Below are positions 24,645-36,577 of a stretch of DNA of 64,000 bases, one piece after another. Within the stretch, counting starts at the first letter, position 1. Each line of letters begins with the position of its first letter. The notes under the pieces were generated by a model. It was given only the letters and a program-made list of their open reading frames with translations, searched no databases and was not told the DNA's origin. This DNA is from Cirrosporium novae-zelandiae (taxonomy: Eukaryota), in contig JAPETS010000047.1 of the NCBI GenBank assembly GCA_026023565.1, positions 1-64,000 of the forward strand. The letters are read 5' to 3'. Both the position numbers and the translations under genes were made by a program.

Positions 24645-27108
24645 TCAAGATTGGTGGAACAGCATCAAATCGTCGTCCATACCCATCATTGAGGTCCACC
24701 CCGAAGAGATAGAAGTATCGGGCCACTGGGCTGCTGATTGTAACATTTCCCCCATTTGAAGAGTATTAAATGAAAAGAGACCTTTGTCAGATCTTTCTTT
24801 CGGACGTGGACTTCCTTGTGAAGGATCTTGGCTTCTGTCAAAGGAAACGTTGGAATTAAAGACATTGGCAGCTTCGTCTGGGGTCATCCCCGCAAAATCC
24901 CAATCTGGATCTACAAATGGACCAACTACAGGGGATTGCACTCCTCGCGTGTTGGTTTCAGGATTCATGAAAAACTTAATAGTGACGGCCGAAAGTCGGT
25001 CGAAGTCATCTCTACAGGAAGCTGCTCCTGGGGAATGTTCCGCAAGTGCCTAGAATCATAAGTAAGCAATACCATAATAAGATGGCCATGGTTTAGTTCA
25101 ACTATAGGAGAAAAGAGAAAGATTTGATTTAAAAGAGATTATCAAGGCGTAGCTTACCGCCAGAACACTGCTACAACTCTGTGTACTTTCGATAACTTCT
25201 TCGATAGTAAGATGTGATCTAACCTCCCGAGAATGCCAGATACAGTACATCATGGTAAGACCTGCAAGGAAGAGACGATGCACCCAAATCCAGATAATAT
25301 CAATTTTGCCATCTCGGTGTAGTGTTTTGATATTCCGAATCTGTGCTTTCGAAACACTGGTACAAATCTCAAGGGATTCCAGACTTGGGCGTCGGAATAT
25401 TGGGTTTGGACGATGAAGCAATAGTATAGCATTATTGTATAGGGCTTCCCACCAGGAAGATGATGGTAACAGGTGACTAGAAGAGGTTTGGCTGGCTTTC
25501 GGAATTTCGGCGTACCATTCTTTAATGCGACGGTGAATGTCGGGCATCCATAAAGCATGGTCCGGGCGTGGGTAGGCTAGTGAAGGTGTCCGGCTTCCGA
25601 ATTGGTGATATAAAACATGTTTTATCTCCGATTCAAGCTGATAAATGCGAATCAAATGGTTTGAAGCAAGCTTCTCCGCACATGGTAGAGTGGAATTGAC
25701 ATCCGGATTCAAAGAATCGGGTTTATTATCCGGTATTCCGACGCTGATACTATTATCAATAATGCCGAATGGTCTCCCAAGTGCAATGCAAAGAAGTCTA
25801 TCGAGTTTGTAAGTGGTCCAAAAGATAGTTCGTCTGACGTCTCTAGTCTTGGGGTCTGCATTAACGACAGACCCCCCTTCCCAGTGTAGGCCAACATCAA
25901 TGCAAAGTCTTAGGGCGATACCACTAAGTTGCCAAAGATTTCCCTGGGTTGGGTAAAGTGTAACATACTGTGCTAAAAGTAAGATTATGGTTAGGGAGTC
26001 AAGATTGCTCTGGGAAAAGCCGAGGACTGTGTCGATATAGTGAAGAGCGGAAGAGAAGCATCCTTGGCTTTGTAAGGGTCGAGTGCGGCTATTGTTAGCA
26101 CTTGGAATGCTGCAAAGGCCTATAGCGAGGACCATATATACCAAAAAGAGGCATTTCTTCAACTCAATCGTGTCATTGTCATGATCAACAGCTGTATTAT
26201 CGTAGACATGGTCTAGGGCTTCATTAACAGTTTGACGATCAAGAAACACAAAATGAGGTCCTCGGTTCTCGAAATATAAACGTACTATATGATCTGCAGC
26301 TTTTCGAGGGGGGAGAGATGAGGGCTTTTGATAAAACGATAGAGATGAGCTAATACTACTTGAACTTGACGTTGATTTTATAGCGGATGGAAACACATCT
26401 TGAACAGCGGCCATGACTAGTTTTGCGAGAGCGATACCAGAGCTACATAGATGCCGTTAATCAAGACCGAAGGAGATTCCTTGACTCTGGATTTTGAGTA
26501 AGTACCTTGTACCCATGAATTGGGGTTCATTATTAGTGCTTCCAAGCGCAACTCTCGCCTGCAATCGACGAAATGTGTCAGCCCCGTGAACCCAAAGCTT
26601 GGAAGGAAGTGCAATATGGGATCTTGCGGCTATCAGAATCACCAACCATAGATACAACCAAATCAACATCGTTGTTCTGGGCTACTGGCGTTTTGCTGAG
26701 CTTATCATAACTGGGGGGCATTGAGCTGACTTGCGACTCGAAGCTGTCATCATCCTGTTGTTTTACGGCAGCGCGAAGCTCTTCCAGTTCTGTGGTCAGT
26801 CTTTTCAGCTTCCCTTCGAGGTCACATATATAGCTCCGAGGGATTTCTGCGTCCTTCTGAACATCAAAGATGAGACATTCGTGATGTCCCCGAAGGCAAC
26901 TCCCACATTTCGGATATTGCATGTCGCACTGGAGCCCAAGTTAAATTATCAGCGAATGTTCGTCAAAAGCAGGTCGATGAATTTATCATGTTCCTCAGAC
27001 CTTTTGCTTCCGCCGTCGGCATCGTTGACATGCATTTGCGCTCCGGCCGAGACGCCTACGTATCAATTGTGATGGTTCTTTAGTGGAGTTCGATTGGAAC
27101 TGTTCCAT
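24645..27108 (-). CDS. Zn(II)2Cys6 transcription factor with fungal-specific TF domain (Ppr1/UaY-like)
   Basis: ACQRCRRRKQK|CDMQYPKCGSCLRGHHEC split by an intron, followed by a coiled coil. After splicing it reads EPQFMGTSSGIALAKLV. Middle homology region: ALRLCIDVGLH...RRTIFWTTYKLDRLLCIALGRP. Confidence 0.92.
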
Positions 27109-27113
27109 TTCGC

Positions 27114-27212
27114 CGGATTATTGGAGCCGAGTACTTGATGCCAGCAGAGGCCGTTGGCTTATTCCGCTTAAAGGATGTGTAAATGCTGTAAACTGTCGGA
27201 TTTGAATCCCCG
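27114..27212. promoter_or_regulatory. Two CGG-N10-CCG sites in the TF/oxoprolinase divergent promoter
   Basis: CGGattattggagCCG at 27114-27129 and CGGatttgaatccCCG at 27197-27212. GATAAGGATAAG is also present near 27400. Confidence 0.3.
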
Positions 27213-27598
27213 GATGTCGCTTATCACCGACCGTATCCAATTCTCGTGAAACTGTGTCTGTCTAAATGTCATGATGGAGAAGGAATAAAGAGGGGTTTGA
27301 CTGTTAATTATTACGACATTGTTAATTGGTAGTCTAGAATGGTATTGTCTCGATGCTGCCTTCGGCTTTTCCCTATTGTTACTACATCCCTGCAACGTTG
27401 ATAAGGATAAGCAATGACACAAACAAACTATTTCTCCGATTAGGAGGATCATCGCCCTCTCGGTGGATGAGAAACCAATGACAACATCCCTACAGTTCAT
27501 TGATCCAATTCAAATATGTATCAAAATGCAGCTCGTTGGATGTATCTTGGTCCCTTGGACATCGGACCCAAAGCCTCCCCGCCTCCTACTGCTACACC

Positions 27599-30500
27599 AT
27601 GCCGCTCATTCAAGAACCATCCAAGATTGATATCTTTATTGATCGTGGGGGAACTTTTACTGATTGCATTGGGATCCCTGAAGATGGAATAGATATTGTT
27701 ATTAAATTACTGTCGGTAGACCCGACTAGCTATCCCGATGCCCCTACGGAAGGAATAAGACGCATCTTGGAGATATTTACAAAGCAAGAAATTCCTCGAA
27801 ATGAGAAGCTTGACACGTCGCGGATCGGAATGATTCGAATGGGAACGTAGGTACCGATACTTGCTACAAGATGCCGCGGAACTGATAGCATCTTGAAATA
27901 GGACTGTGGCGACGAATGCGCTTTTGGAAAGGAAAGGCGAAAAATCTGCACTGCTCATAACAAAAGGGTTTAGAGATTTGCTTGATATTGGATATCAAGC
28001 TCGACCTAAGCTTTTCGATTTAGCAATCAGCAAGCCTGATGTGCTATATTCTGATATTGTCGAAGTTGAGGAACGCGTTACCATTGAAGATTCTGCCAAG
28101 GATCCTTTTCCATACCCAATCGACGTTTCTTCTGATCCCGCTTTGAGGACAAGTCGTAGTAAGGATGTCGTGAGAATCCTAACACCTCTCAATGTCGAGA
28201 AAACCAAAGCATCACTCGAAGGACTATATTCCAAAGGCTATCGGACAGTTTCCGTCTGCTTTGCACACAGCTACACCTACCCTGAACATGAAGATATAGC
28301 TCGCCAAATTGCTGAGGATGTGGGCTTTACCCATATTTCTCTTTCATCAATTCTGATGCCAATGATAAAACTTGTGTCTAGAGGCATGAGTGCCACAGCT
28401 GATGCCTATCTGACCCCGGAAATCAAACGCTACTTTGAAGGCTTCCGTGCAGGATTCAAGGACAATCTGGAAAGCACAAGAGTCGAGTTTATGCAAAGCG
28501 ATGGCGGTTTGGTGAATATTAAATCTTTCTCTGGTCTGAGAGCGATATTGTCCGGCCCCGCTGGTGGCGTTGTGGGCTATGCCAATACCAGTTACCAGGA
28601 GGATGACAAGATCCCTGTGATTGGATTTGATATGGGCGGTACCAGGTGAGCCTTTCTCTTGTTAGATTCTCTAAATCTATTTCTGGACATCGAAATGCTA
28701 TTATTCCGAGGCTTTTGTGCTATTCCTTTTCTCGAGAGGCATACTGATAAGCTTGTAGTACTGATGTCAGCCGTTTCGGGGGAGAATTGGAGCATGTTTT
28801 CGAAACAACAACCGCTGGTGTGACTATTCAATCTCCTCAGCTTGATATCAATACCGTGGCCGCAGGTGGAGGAAGTATCCTGTTTTGGAAGAACGGACTG
28901 TTCGTAGTGGGACCAGAGAGCGCAGGTGCTCATCCAGGTCCTGCATGTTATAGAAAAGGTGGACCGCTGACAGTAACGGATGCAAATCTCTTTCTTGGTC
29001 GCTTATTACCAGAGTATTTTCCTTCCATATTTGGACCGAATGAGGACCAACCATTGGACTATGAGATCACTAAATCTAAATTCACGGAACTGGCCAAAGA
29101 AATAAATGATGATATAGATGGTAATCTATCTCCCGAAGAGGTTGCTCATGGATTCTTGGGTGTTGCTAATGAGTCAATGTGCCGTCCGATAAGGGGTCTC
29201 ACTGAAGGAAGAGGCTATGACACCTCGGCACATAGACTTGCGGTATTTGGTGGTGCTGGGGGCCAGCATGCTTGTTCTATCGCTGCAAAGCTGGGAATTG
29301 ATACCGTTATAGTTCACAAGTATAGTAGTATCCTCTCAGCTTATGGGATGGCACTAGCAAATGTGATTCAGGAGGCTCAAGAGCCGAGCTCTCTTGTTCT
29401 ACAAGAGTCTTGTATGGCTGAGATAAACGAAAGGTTTGACAGTCTTACCAAACAAGTGAAGACAAATCTGGCTCAACAGGGGATTGATGTCTCGAACATG
29501 GAAACACAACTCTACCTGAATCTCCGATATTCTGGAACGGATTCTCAAATAATGGTTCAAAGGCCTCCTAATGGCAATTTCAAGGGCACGTTCGAGGAAA
29601 AACATCAGAGGGACTTTACGTTCTTACTCCCGAATAGGGAGATAGTAATCGATGACATTAGAGTTCGTGGGATTGGCAAAGGACGTGAGATACCAGCAAA
29701 AAATAACCTGTTCAAGGAGTTAGAAGCCCTTTCAAAATCCCCAATCAAGTTTCAAGGAGCAGCGACCCATTGTTACTTTGGAGAAGGTGGTTGGCAAACC
29801 ACAAGAATACTCCAACTATCTGATCTACAACCTGGTGATCTTGTCGCAGGCCCATCCATCATGATCGATAAAACTCAGACAATTGTCATTGTTCCTGGAT
29901 CAACAGCTACCATCATGCCGGATCATGTCATAATTTCCATTAAAAATCAAAAGAAGAAACCTCTGGAAGATGACTTTAACGCATCTCATGAAGGAGACAA
30001 ACTAGGCGAAAGCAATCAAGACGGTACTTCCGGGCAGACCGAATTACTCCAAAATAAACCGGATCCGGTAAAATTGACTACATTTGGTCATCGTTTCATG
30101 TCTATCGCCGAGCAAATGGGAAGAACCCTTCAAAAGACTGCTGTCAGTATCAATATCAAAGAGAGATTAGATTTCTCATGTGCTATTTTTGGCCCTGATG
30201 GTGGACTAGTTGCAAACGCGCCCCGTAAGTCTGGATTTCCTTACTATTGTTTTCGGGTTACATGTTGATCCAAAATCTTCCAGATGTTCCCGTTCATCTC
30301 GGCAGCATGCAATATGCTGTTAAATATCAACATGAGCTGCACAGGAAGAATCTATCTCCTGGTGACGTGCTCGTTTCCAACCATCCAATAGCAGGAGGAA
30401 CCCATCTCCCCGACATTACTGTCATCACTCCCATCTTTGATAAAAACGGCACAATTATATTCTACACTGCTTCACGCGGCCATCACAGAGACATAGGAGG

Positions 30501-31934
30501 TTATCAAGGAATATCTGGAAATGCTACCGCTACGGAACTATGGCAAGAAGGGGCATCAATTGTATCCTTCAAACTCGTATGCAAAGGCTATTTTAACGAA
30601 GAAGGCATCACCAAGATCCTCGTAGACGAGCCAGCCCAGTTTCCAGACTGCGTCGGAAGCAACAGCCTACGAGACAACCTATCAGACCTCAAAGCCCAAA
30701 TAGCCGCAAATGCAAAAGGCGCAAACCGTAAGCTCCCCGTCCCCAATTTCACCACGATACAAAATACCCATTCCTAACCAACTGCACCGATACAGTAATT
30801 CACGAACTCTTCGACGAATATGGCGGCCCAGTCGTCCAATTCTACATGTCGCACATCCAGAAGAACGCCGAACTAGCCGTCCGCAAGTACCTCCGCACCA
30901 TCCACTCCAAAACCCACGGGCGATCCCTCCACGCTATCGACACCCTCGACAATGGCACCCGCATCCACATAACCATCCGCACACGTGCCGACGGCAGCGC
31001 CGACTTCGACTTCACAAACACGGACCCCGAAACCCTGGGAAACGGGAACGCACCCCCAAGCGTGTGTCTCTCAGCAATAATCTACTGCCTCCGCAGCCTT
31101 ATCAACGATGATATCCCCCTAAACCAAGGCTGCCTGGCCCCAATCACAGTCATAAACCCACAGGGCTCCATCCTCAACCCCTCCAACACCGCAGCTGTAT
31201 ACGCAGGCAACACCCAAACCAGCCAACGCGTTGTCGACACAATCCTGAAGGCCTTCCAAGCCTGCGCCGCCTCCCAGGGTTGCATGAACAGCATCGGCTT
31301 CTTCGGTGGCCGCGCAGCCATCCCAGGAAAAGGGTATACCTTCGCCTACGGCGAAACCATCTGCGGCGGTGCCGGCGCTGGCCCCACCTGGAACGGCGCC
31401 GATGCTGTCCACACCCACATGACCAACACCCGCATCTCCGACATCGAAATCCTCGAAAAGCGGTACCCGATTTTGATCCGCGAGTTCTCCCTCAGAAACG
31501 CCTCCGGTGGCTCAGGGCTCTACAGCGGCGGCCGCGGCGTCGTTCGTGTCATCGAGTGTCGGGAACCCTTGACCTTTTCGATGATCTCAGAACGCAGGGT
31601 CACGACTCCGTACGGCATGAACGGGGGCGAGGACGGAATGCCAGGAAAAAATTTAATAAATATTTCCGATCCGGCTTCGGGTAGTGGTGTCCGAAGAATC
31701 GTCAATGTAGGACCTAGATGTGTTCTGAAATTGAAAGCTGGAGACCAATTCATTATTAATTCGCCGGGAGGTGGGGGATGGGGGAGGAAGCTGGAGGAGG
31801 AGAAGAAGAAAGATGACATAACGGCTGGGGATAGCGTTGTTAGTGGAAACGGCATCGGGAAGAAAACTCCCCCACAGTACCCACGAGCAACAGGCTCGGT
31901 ACATACATATCAAGCCGTGCAGGATGCAAACTAA
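27599..31934 (+). CDS. ATP-dependent 5-oxoprolinase/hydantoinase A+B fusion (Oxp1-like paralog)
   Basis: Five exons. Motifs [86 protein letters not shown] and SPGGGGWG. Confidence 0.93.
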
Positions 31935-32608
31935 ATAACACCTTTCCCCCTTTTTTCTACTTTTTTTGTTCTGGAAATTGATGGTATTCATGCAGTAGAA
32001 GTAGAACAAACACATCTCAACAGATCTCTCAACTCTCAATCCCTGGATCCCCAACTTTTTTTTTTTTTTTTTTTCAACAGGAATTAGAGTATGATATACA
32101 ACAGCCTATTTATTACACCTAGTTGTACAATTTATTTATTTCGTCTACTGTAGAACTGATCATTCAATCTAAAGGTAAGGTAGAGGGGATTCAAGTGTTA
32201 CGTCACTATACGTGTATGATTTGTATTCCTTTCCATTCCGTGAAGTTTTAGTTTCCCCTCCCCGTTGGGGATCAGCCAGTTTGTATTATGTTGGTCTATT
32301 GTTTTGCATGCGACTGCATATACTTGTATATGAATGTATGAATAAATAGAAATGCTGAATTTTGGTTTTGGTTTTGGATGGGGATGGTATTGAAGTGGAT
32401 GGAGGGATGGAGGAATAGTTCAGGGGGGGATTTGTATGTACATGTACATGAACATGTATATTGTACAACGGGTAGAGGGTTGACTTTTCCTTTTCTCTTC
32501 CCTTTTTAATATCTATAGTCTACTATACTAGCAGTAGTAGCAGAACCAAGAAACCCATCTTCCCCCCCTCTCCTCCCACCAGGAATCAGGTCACCACCCA
32601 CCTCCCCT

Positions 32609-34004
32609 CTAATCATCAAAAACAAATTGTTCCGTAACCGCGGTCCCATTCCAACTCTCCCCACTCCCCCCAACCAACCCCCCCGTCAACGCAGCAACCC
32701 ACCTAGAATAAATCCCCGTACCCCCCGCAATAACACTCACCAACTCAACCTGAAACACCAACGTGTCGCCCGAATCCAGAGAAATGGATACGTTAAAACC
32801 TGTTGGTAGGTCGTTGGAAGCGGTGGGCGGGTAGGAGGTGTTTGAACCGAGGGGCCGCACCGAGGCCGCGAGGCAGCCGTTGGTGAGGACTGAGGAGTTT
32901 TGCGTCACGTAGCCAGAAGCATATTCGGCGGCGTTGTTTAGGGAGAGGGCGTCGAACCAGACGACGGTGTAGGGGCCCAGGCGGCCGTGGCCCCAGTACC
33001 AGCCTGTGTTTTTTTTTTAGTTTTAGGGTTTTTTGTGGGGAGGGGGTGGGGGGGGGGGGGGGTAAGTACTTGCGACTGTGTCGTTCATGGGTTTGTCGGC
33101 CCAGCTGTTGGTTGGTTAGTGAAATTCATGGTGGGGGAGGGGGAAATAAAAGTATTACTTTTTATCATGATACCCAACACCAGTGAAATTTACATCCGTG
33201 CCATTTACATTAAAATCGACCTTTCCAATAGAATCCGGAATACTGTTTGCCCAGCCGATATGAGGCATAAGCAGCATGGACTCATTTGCGCCAGCAAGCG
33301 CGCATGGGTAATGAGGAGGGGAAATGGTATCCATGGTGAACGTGCCTTGGATACCAGAAGCATTAACCGAGATGGTGTAGCTGCTCATGTCCTCGGTGCC
33401 GGCGAAGCTGAAGCCCGTGTCTTTCCACAGGCCCGTGGCCCCGTCGCCGGTGGTCACGATAGTGGCTTCCTCAGCGAAGGCTTCAGCGCCGGTGAGGAGG
33501 TCATCTTCCGAGCTGGAGATCGTGATTATGGTTGGGAGGATGGTGGAGCCTGAGATGAAGGGGAAGGCTCGGTAGGAGCTGATGAAGAATATGACTACGA
33601 TGGAATACTGCTGGTCTTCGGAAACGGCGTCAAAGTACCCTATTGTTGTGGTTTTGGTTTTAGTATTGTGGGAGAAGGCATGGGGACAGAGGAGAGGAGG
33701 TATGCATACACCAATCGAACGAAGTGCTATTTACTGGATGTACCTGTGGTTGTCCGTGAGTAGGGTTCTGTGCGCTGAGATGGAGAAGGCTGATGGTGAC
33801 GAAAGAGGTTAAAAGTGGATGATCAAAATATCACACCTTTGGAGAGTTGAAACCACTTGCGGAAGATATGAATTGAGCCACGCTAGTGCCATTGGCGGCA
33901 TCGGGGCCAAAAACATCAACGATAGACTGTGCAGCTTTGCTTGCAACAAGGCCGACCAGCAAGAAGATTGCGCTGAGAAGCGGCAGGAATGTAGGTCGTT
34001 TCAT
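32609..34004 (-). CDS. Secreted CrtC/AttH-fold (hydroxyneurosporene synthase/Diels-Alderase-like) protein
   Basis: Signal peptide MKRPTFLPLLSAIFLLVG. Spliced motifs FDWWYFDAVS, PHYPC, GWANSIPD, GVGYHDKNW and WYWGHGRLGPY. Many N-x-S/T sequons. Confidence 0.8.
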
Positions 34005-34584
34005 GGCGATATCGTATATATGACAGACCCACAGACACAAAAAAGCTGACTTGGGTAGAACAGACTTATTCAAGCACTAATGATGATGTGTTGATGGTTA
34101 TATATAAGAGCAACATAATAAACAAACTCAATATTTTACAAAACATCACAAACGGAAACAAAATAAGCCGAAAGGCCGTAAAAGCTGGACCCTGCCTTCT
34201 TCCAATGGCGTTACGTTCCCACTAGAGCGAAGGAATGATCCTTGGCTTCGTCTTATACGCGGAATAAAAGTAGTAAATGACCAGGTATATCGTTGAGCAG
34301 GGGTATAGTACCGCATCGAGCTCATTCGCCGAAGACTCATTGTATAAATTTAGTAGGAGGGGAGATTTGGAGAAAAGATTGATTGACAATTAGGTGGTGC
34401 GGAGATGGTAAGAGATATAAATGACGGTCAGAAAGTAGGTGGGAACTACTCAGTAGTTGTTTAATGGAGCACAAGCAATGTGTACCTGGCCAACATCAGC
34501 TGGAACGATTGATGTTGCAGTATCCGGGAACTCGGGAATAGGGAATAGACTAGGCCGAGTTACAAATTCGGTTGAGATATGCTG

Positions 34585-34634
34585 CATAAGATACATAAGA
34601 TACATAAGATACATAAGACACATAAGATACATAA
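34585..34634. repeat. 9-bp tandem repeat (CATAAGATA) x ~5.5
   Basis: Directly visible; one unit is the variant CATAAGACA. Confidence 0.85.
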
Positions 34635-35009
34635 CTACAACGTCACCCATGTCAGCCTGCACTTACCAACACTTCTGACAGATTCCATCTGACGTCTCAA
34701 GAGACTCCTCCTTACAGTTCTTAAGAAGGTAATCATCATATCAATCTGAGGCTGAGCAGTGTGGAGCTCCATGAGACTATCGCTATAGGATATACTGAGT
34801 ACTACGTAATGCGCTTTATTGTTCCTAGTTAGATTCCGTAGTTCTAGTGAAAATTTGAAATCATAGTCTGATTGAGACCTCTTACTTGAGTATCATCGTT
34901 GAGATAAAGTAGTGGACGTGCACTTCAGGCAAGTATAGCTTCAAATCGCTAGCTGCTCTGATATTATCAGTAGGACAAAGGATCACTGAACCCCCCTATA
35001 AATAACCTA

Positions 35010-36014
35010 CTATTCTCCAAAGATCTTTTCCAAATAAGCTAGCCAATTCTCTCCCAGGACTTTCCGCATTTTTGCCTCTGACCAGCCTGCTCGAGCCATT
35101 GCTTCTGCCAATTTCCCTCTCTCTGCCAAGGGCCCCAAGGGCTTCACTACTTTCTGGCTACCCCAGGGTGTCAGTTGTCTGGCATATCCCTTATCCCTAT
35201 TGCACCATTCCAGAAATGCACTCGGCCGTGCATGACCTTCACTTGAATCCGAACCGATTCCTACAAGGTCTTCACCAATCAGCCCGATCACGTAGTCTAG
35301 AGCCGCGACATAGTCATCAATTGTGCTGTCATTTCCCTTGGGCATGTGTGGGCCGAATTGAGAAAGTCCGACAAACCCTCCCTTGGAACCTATCAGCTTT
35401 ATCAAGAAATCTGATTTGTTCCGTGGATGATCCAAGAGGCCTCCTGGAAGGACATGGGAAAAGCATGGTGGCTTCCCTTCAGGTGCAAAATTAATTACAT
35501 CTTCGCTGGTTTTGGGTCCTACATGGCTGAGATCAACCACGATGCCCAGTTTTGCCATTTCGGTAACGACCTCACGACCAAACCCCGTCAAGCCTGAATC
35601 GTTCAGCTCAGTGTACCCTGCACCTGAGTAGTTCTGGGTATTATATGTCAACTGCATCTTCCGCACGCCCAAGTCACGGAAAACGCGAAGATAATCCAGT
35701 TGATCTTCGATCCCAGCAGTGTTCTGCCATGACAAAAGCACAGCCGTCTTTCCATCTTGCTTGGCTTTTCGAATATCTGCGACGGTATGCGCCTGGACAA
35801 TTAAGTCCGAGTGTTCTTCAAACCATTTTTTCCATTGGACTACATTTGCGATAGATGCGCGAAACCCTTCCCAGAGTCCGCAGGTGCAAGAAACTCCGGT
35901 GATTCCTCCAGTATGCCATGCCTCGAAAATCTCACGTCCAAAATTTGCGATGTTGAGACCATCAAAATGAATAGCTGATGTGTAGATTTGACGAGCTTCG
36001 CTTTCAGAAACCAT
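35010..36014 (-). CDS. Peptidase M19 (membrane dipeptidase/amidohydrolase fold), bacterial-type, intronless
   Basis: Motifs LGVRKMQLTYN, SGLTGFGREVV, VDLSHVG, FSH, HPRNKSD, GIGSD and KVLGENW. No signal peptide. An upstream in-frame ATG at 36047 is an alternative start. Confidence 0.88.
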   Translation of the reverse strand: MVSESEARQIYTSAIHFDGLNIANFGREIFEAWHTGGITGVSCTCGLWEGFRASIANVVQWKKWFEEHSDLIVQAHTVADIRKAKQDGKTAVLLSWQNTAGIEDQLDYLRVFRDLGVRKMQLTYNTQNYSGAGYTELNDSGLTGFGREVVTEMAKLGIVVDLSHVGPKTSEDVINFAPEGKPPCFSHVLPGGLLDHPRNKSDFLIKLIGSKGGFVGLSQFGPHMPKGNDSTIDDYVAALDYVIGLIGEDLVGIGSDSSEGHARPSAFLEWCNRDKGYARQLTPWGSQKVVKPLGPLAERGKLAEAMARAGWSEAKMRKVLGENWLAYLEKIFGE

Positions 36015-36577
36015 AGCTGATCTTGTTGGAAATAAGATATTTCGCATGATTCAACTATAGGCCTGAAATAGAGAAAGGAAGTCTGGTAGATACAAGTAAG
36101 GTAGGTGAGGGAGATGAAAATTCTGCACAATGGTGAGTCAAGTTGGTTAGCGATTCCATCATTGCCTTTAAGATGAGGATGATTCCCATCCTCACCTGGA
36201 CTATGAATAATGGTATCGAGTTTTCCACTCGGAGTACTCCTAATGTTGCAAGGATCCATCAATCATCTTAACCTTATCTCAACATCCCGACATCAAATTT
36301 ACCCAAAAAGGTAATTCTTGTCGGCTTTCCTCCGCTATCGTAGTAGAATCTCGGACTTTGCTTGGTGTTGACCGGGGATGACGTGCTTTTCGTGTTTTTG
36401 CTATCAACTGCCAGTGGGGTAAAGGATGAACATATAAATTGTGAAGACGATGGCTTTCGTTCTCTGTATTTCCTGGAAGAGAGCCATCACTGTCGTGCAG
36501 GTCAATGACTCGGACTCTCATTGAAAGCTCCAAGAAATTTGTTTCGAGTTCCCTCGGTGAAAATCTTACCAGACAAC

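Noticed and set aside
34585..34634. Tandem repeat as a CRISPR-like array
   Set aside because: No spacers, 9-bp unit, eukaryotic context.
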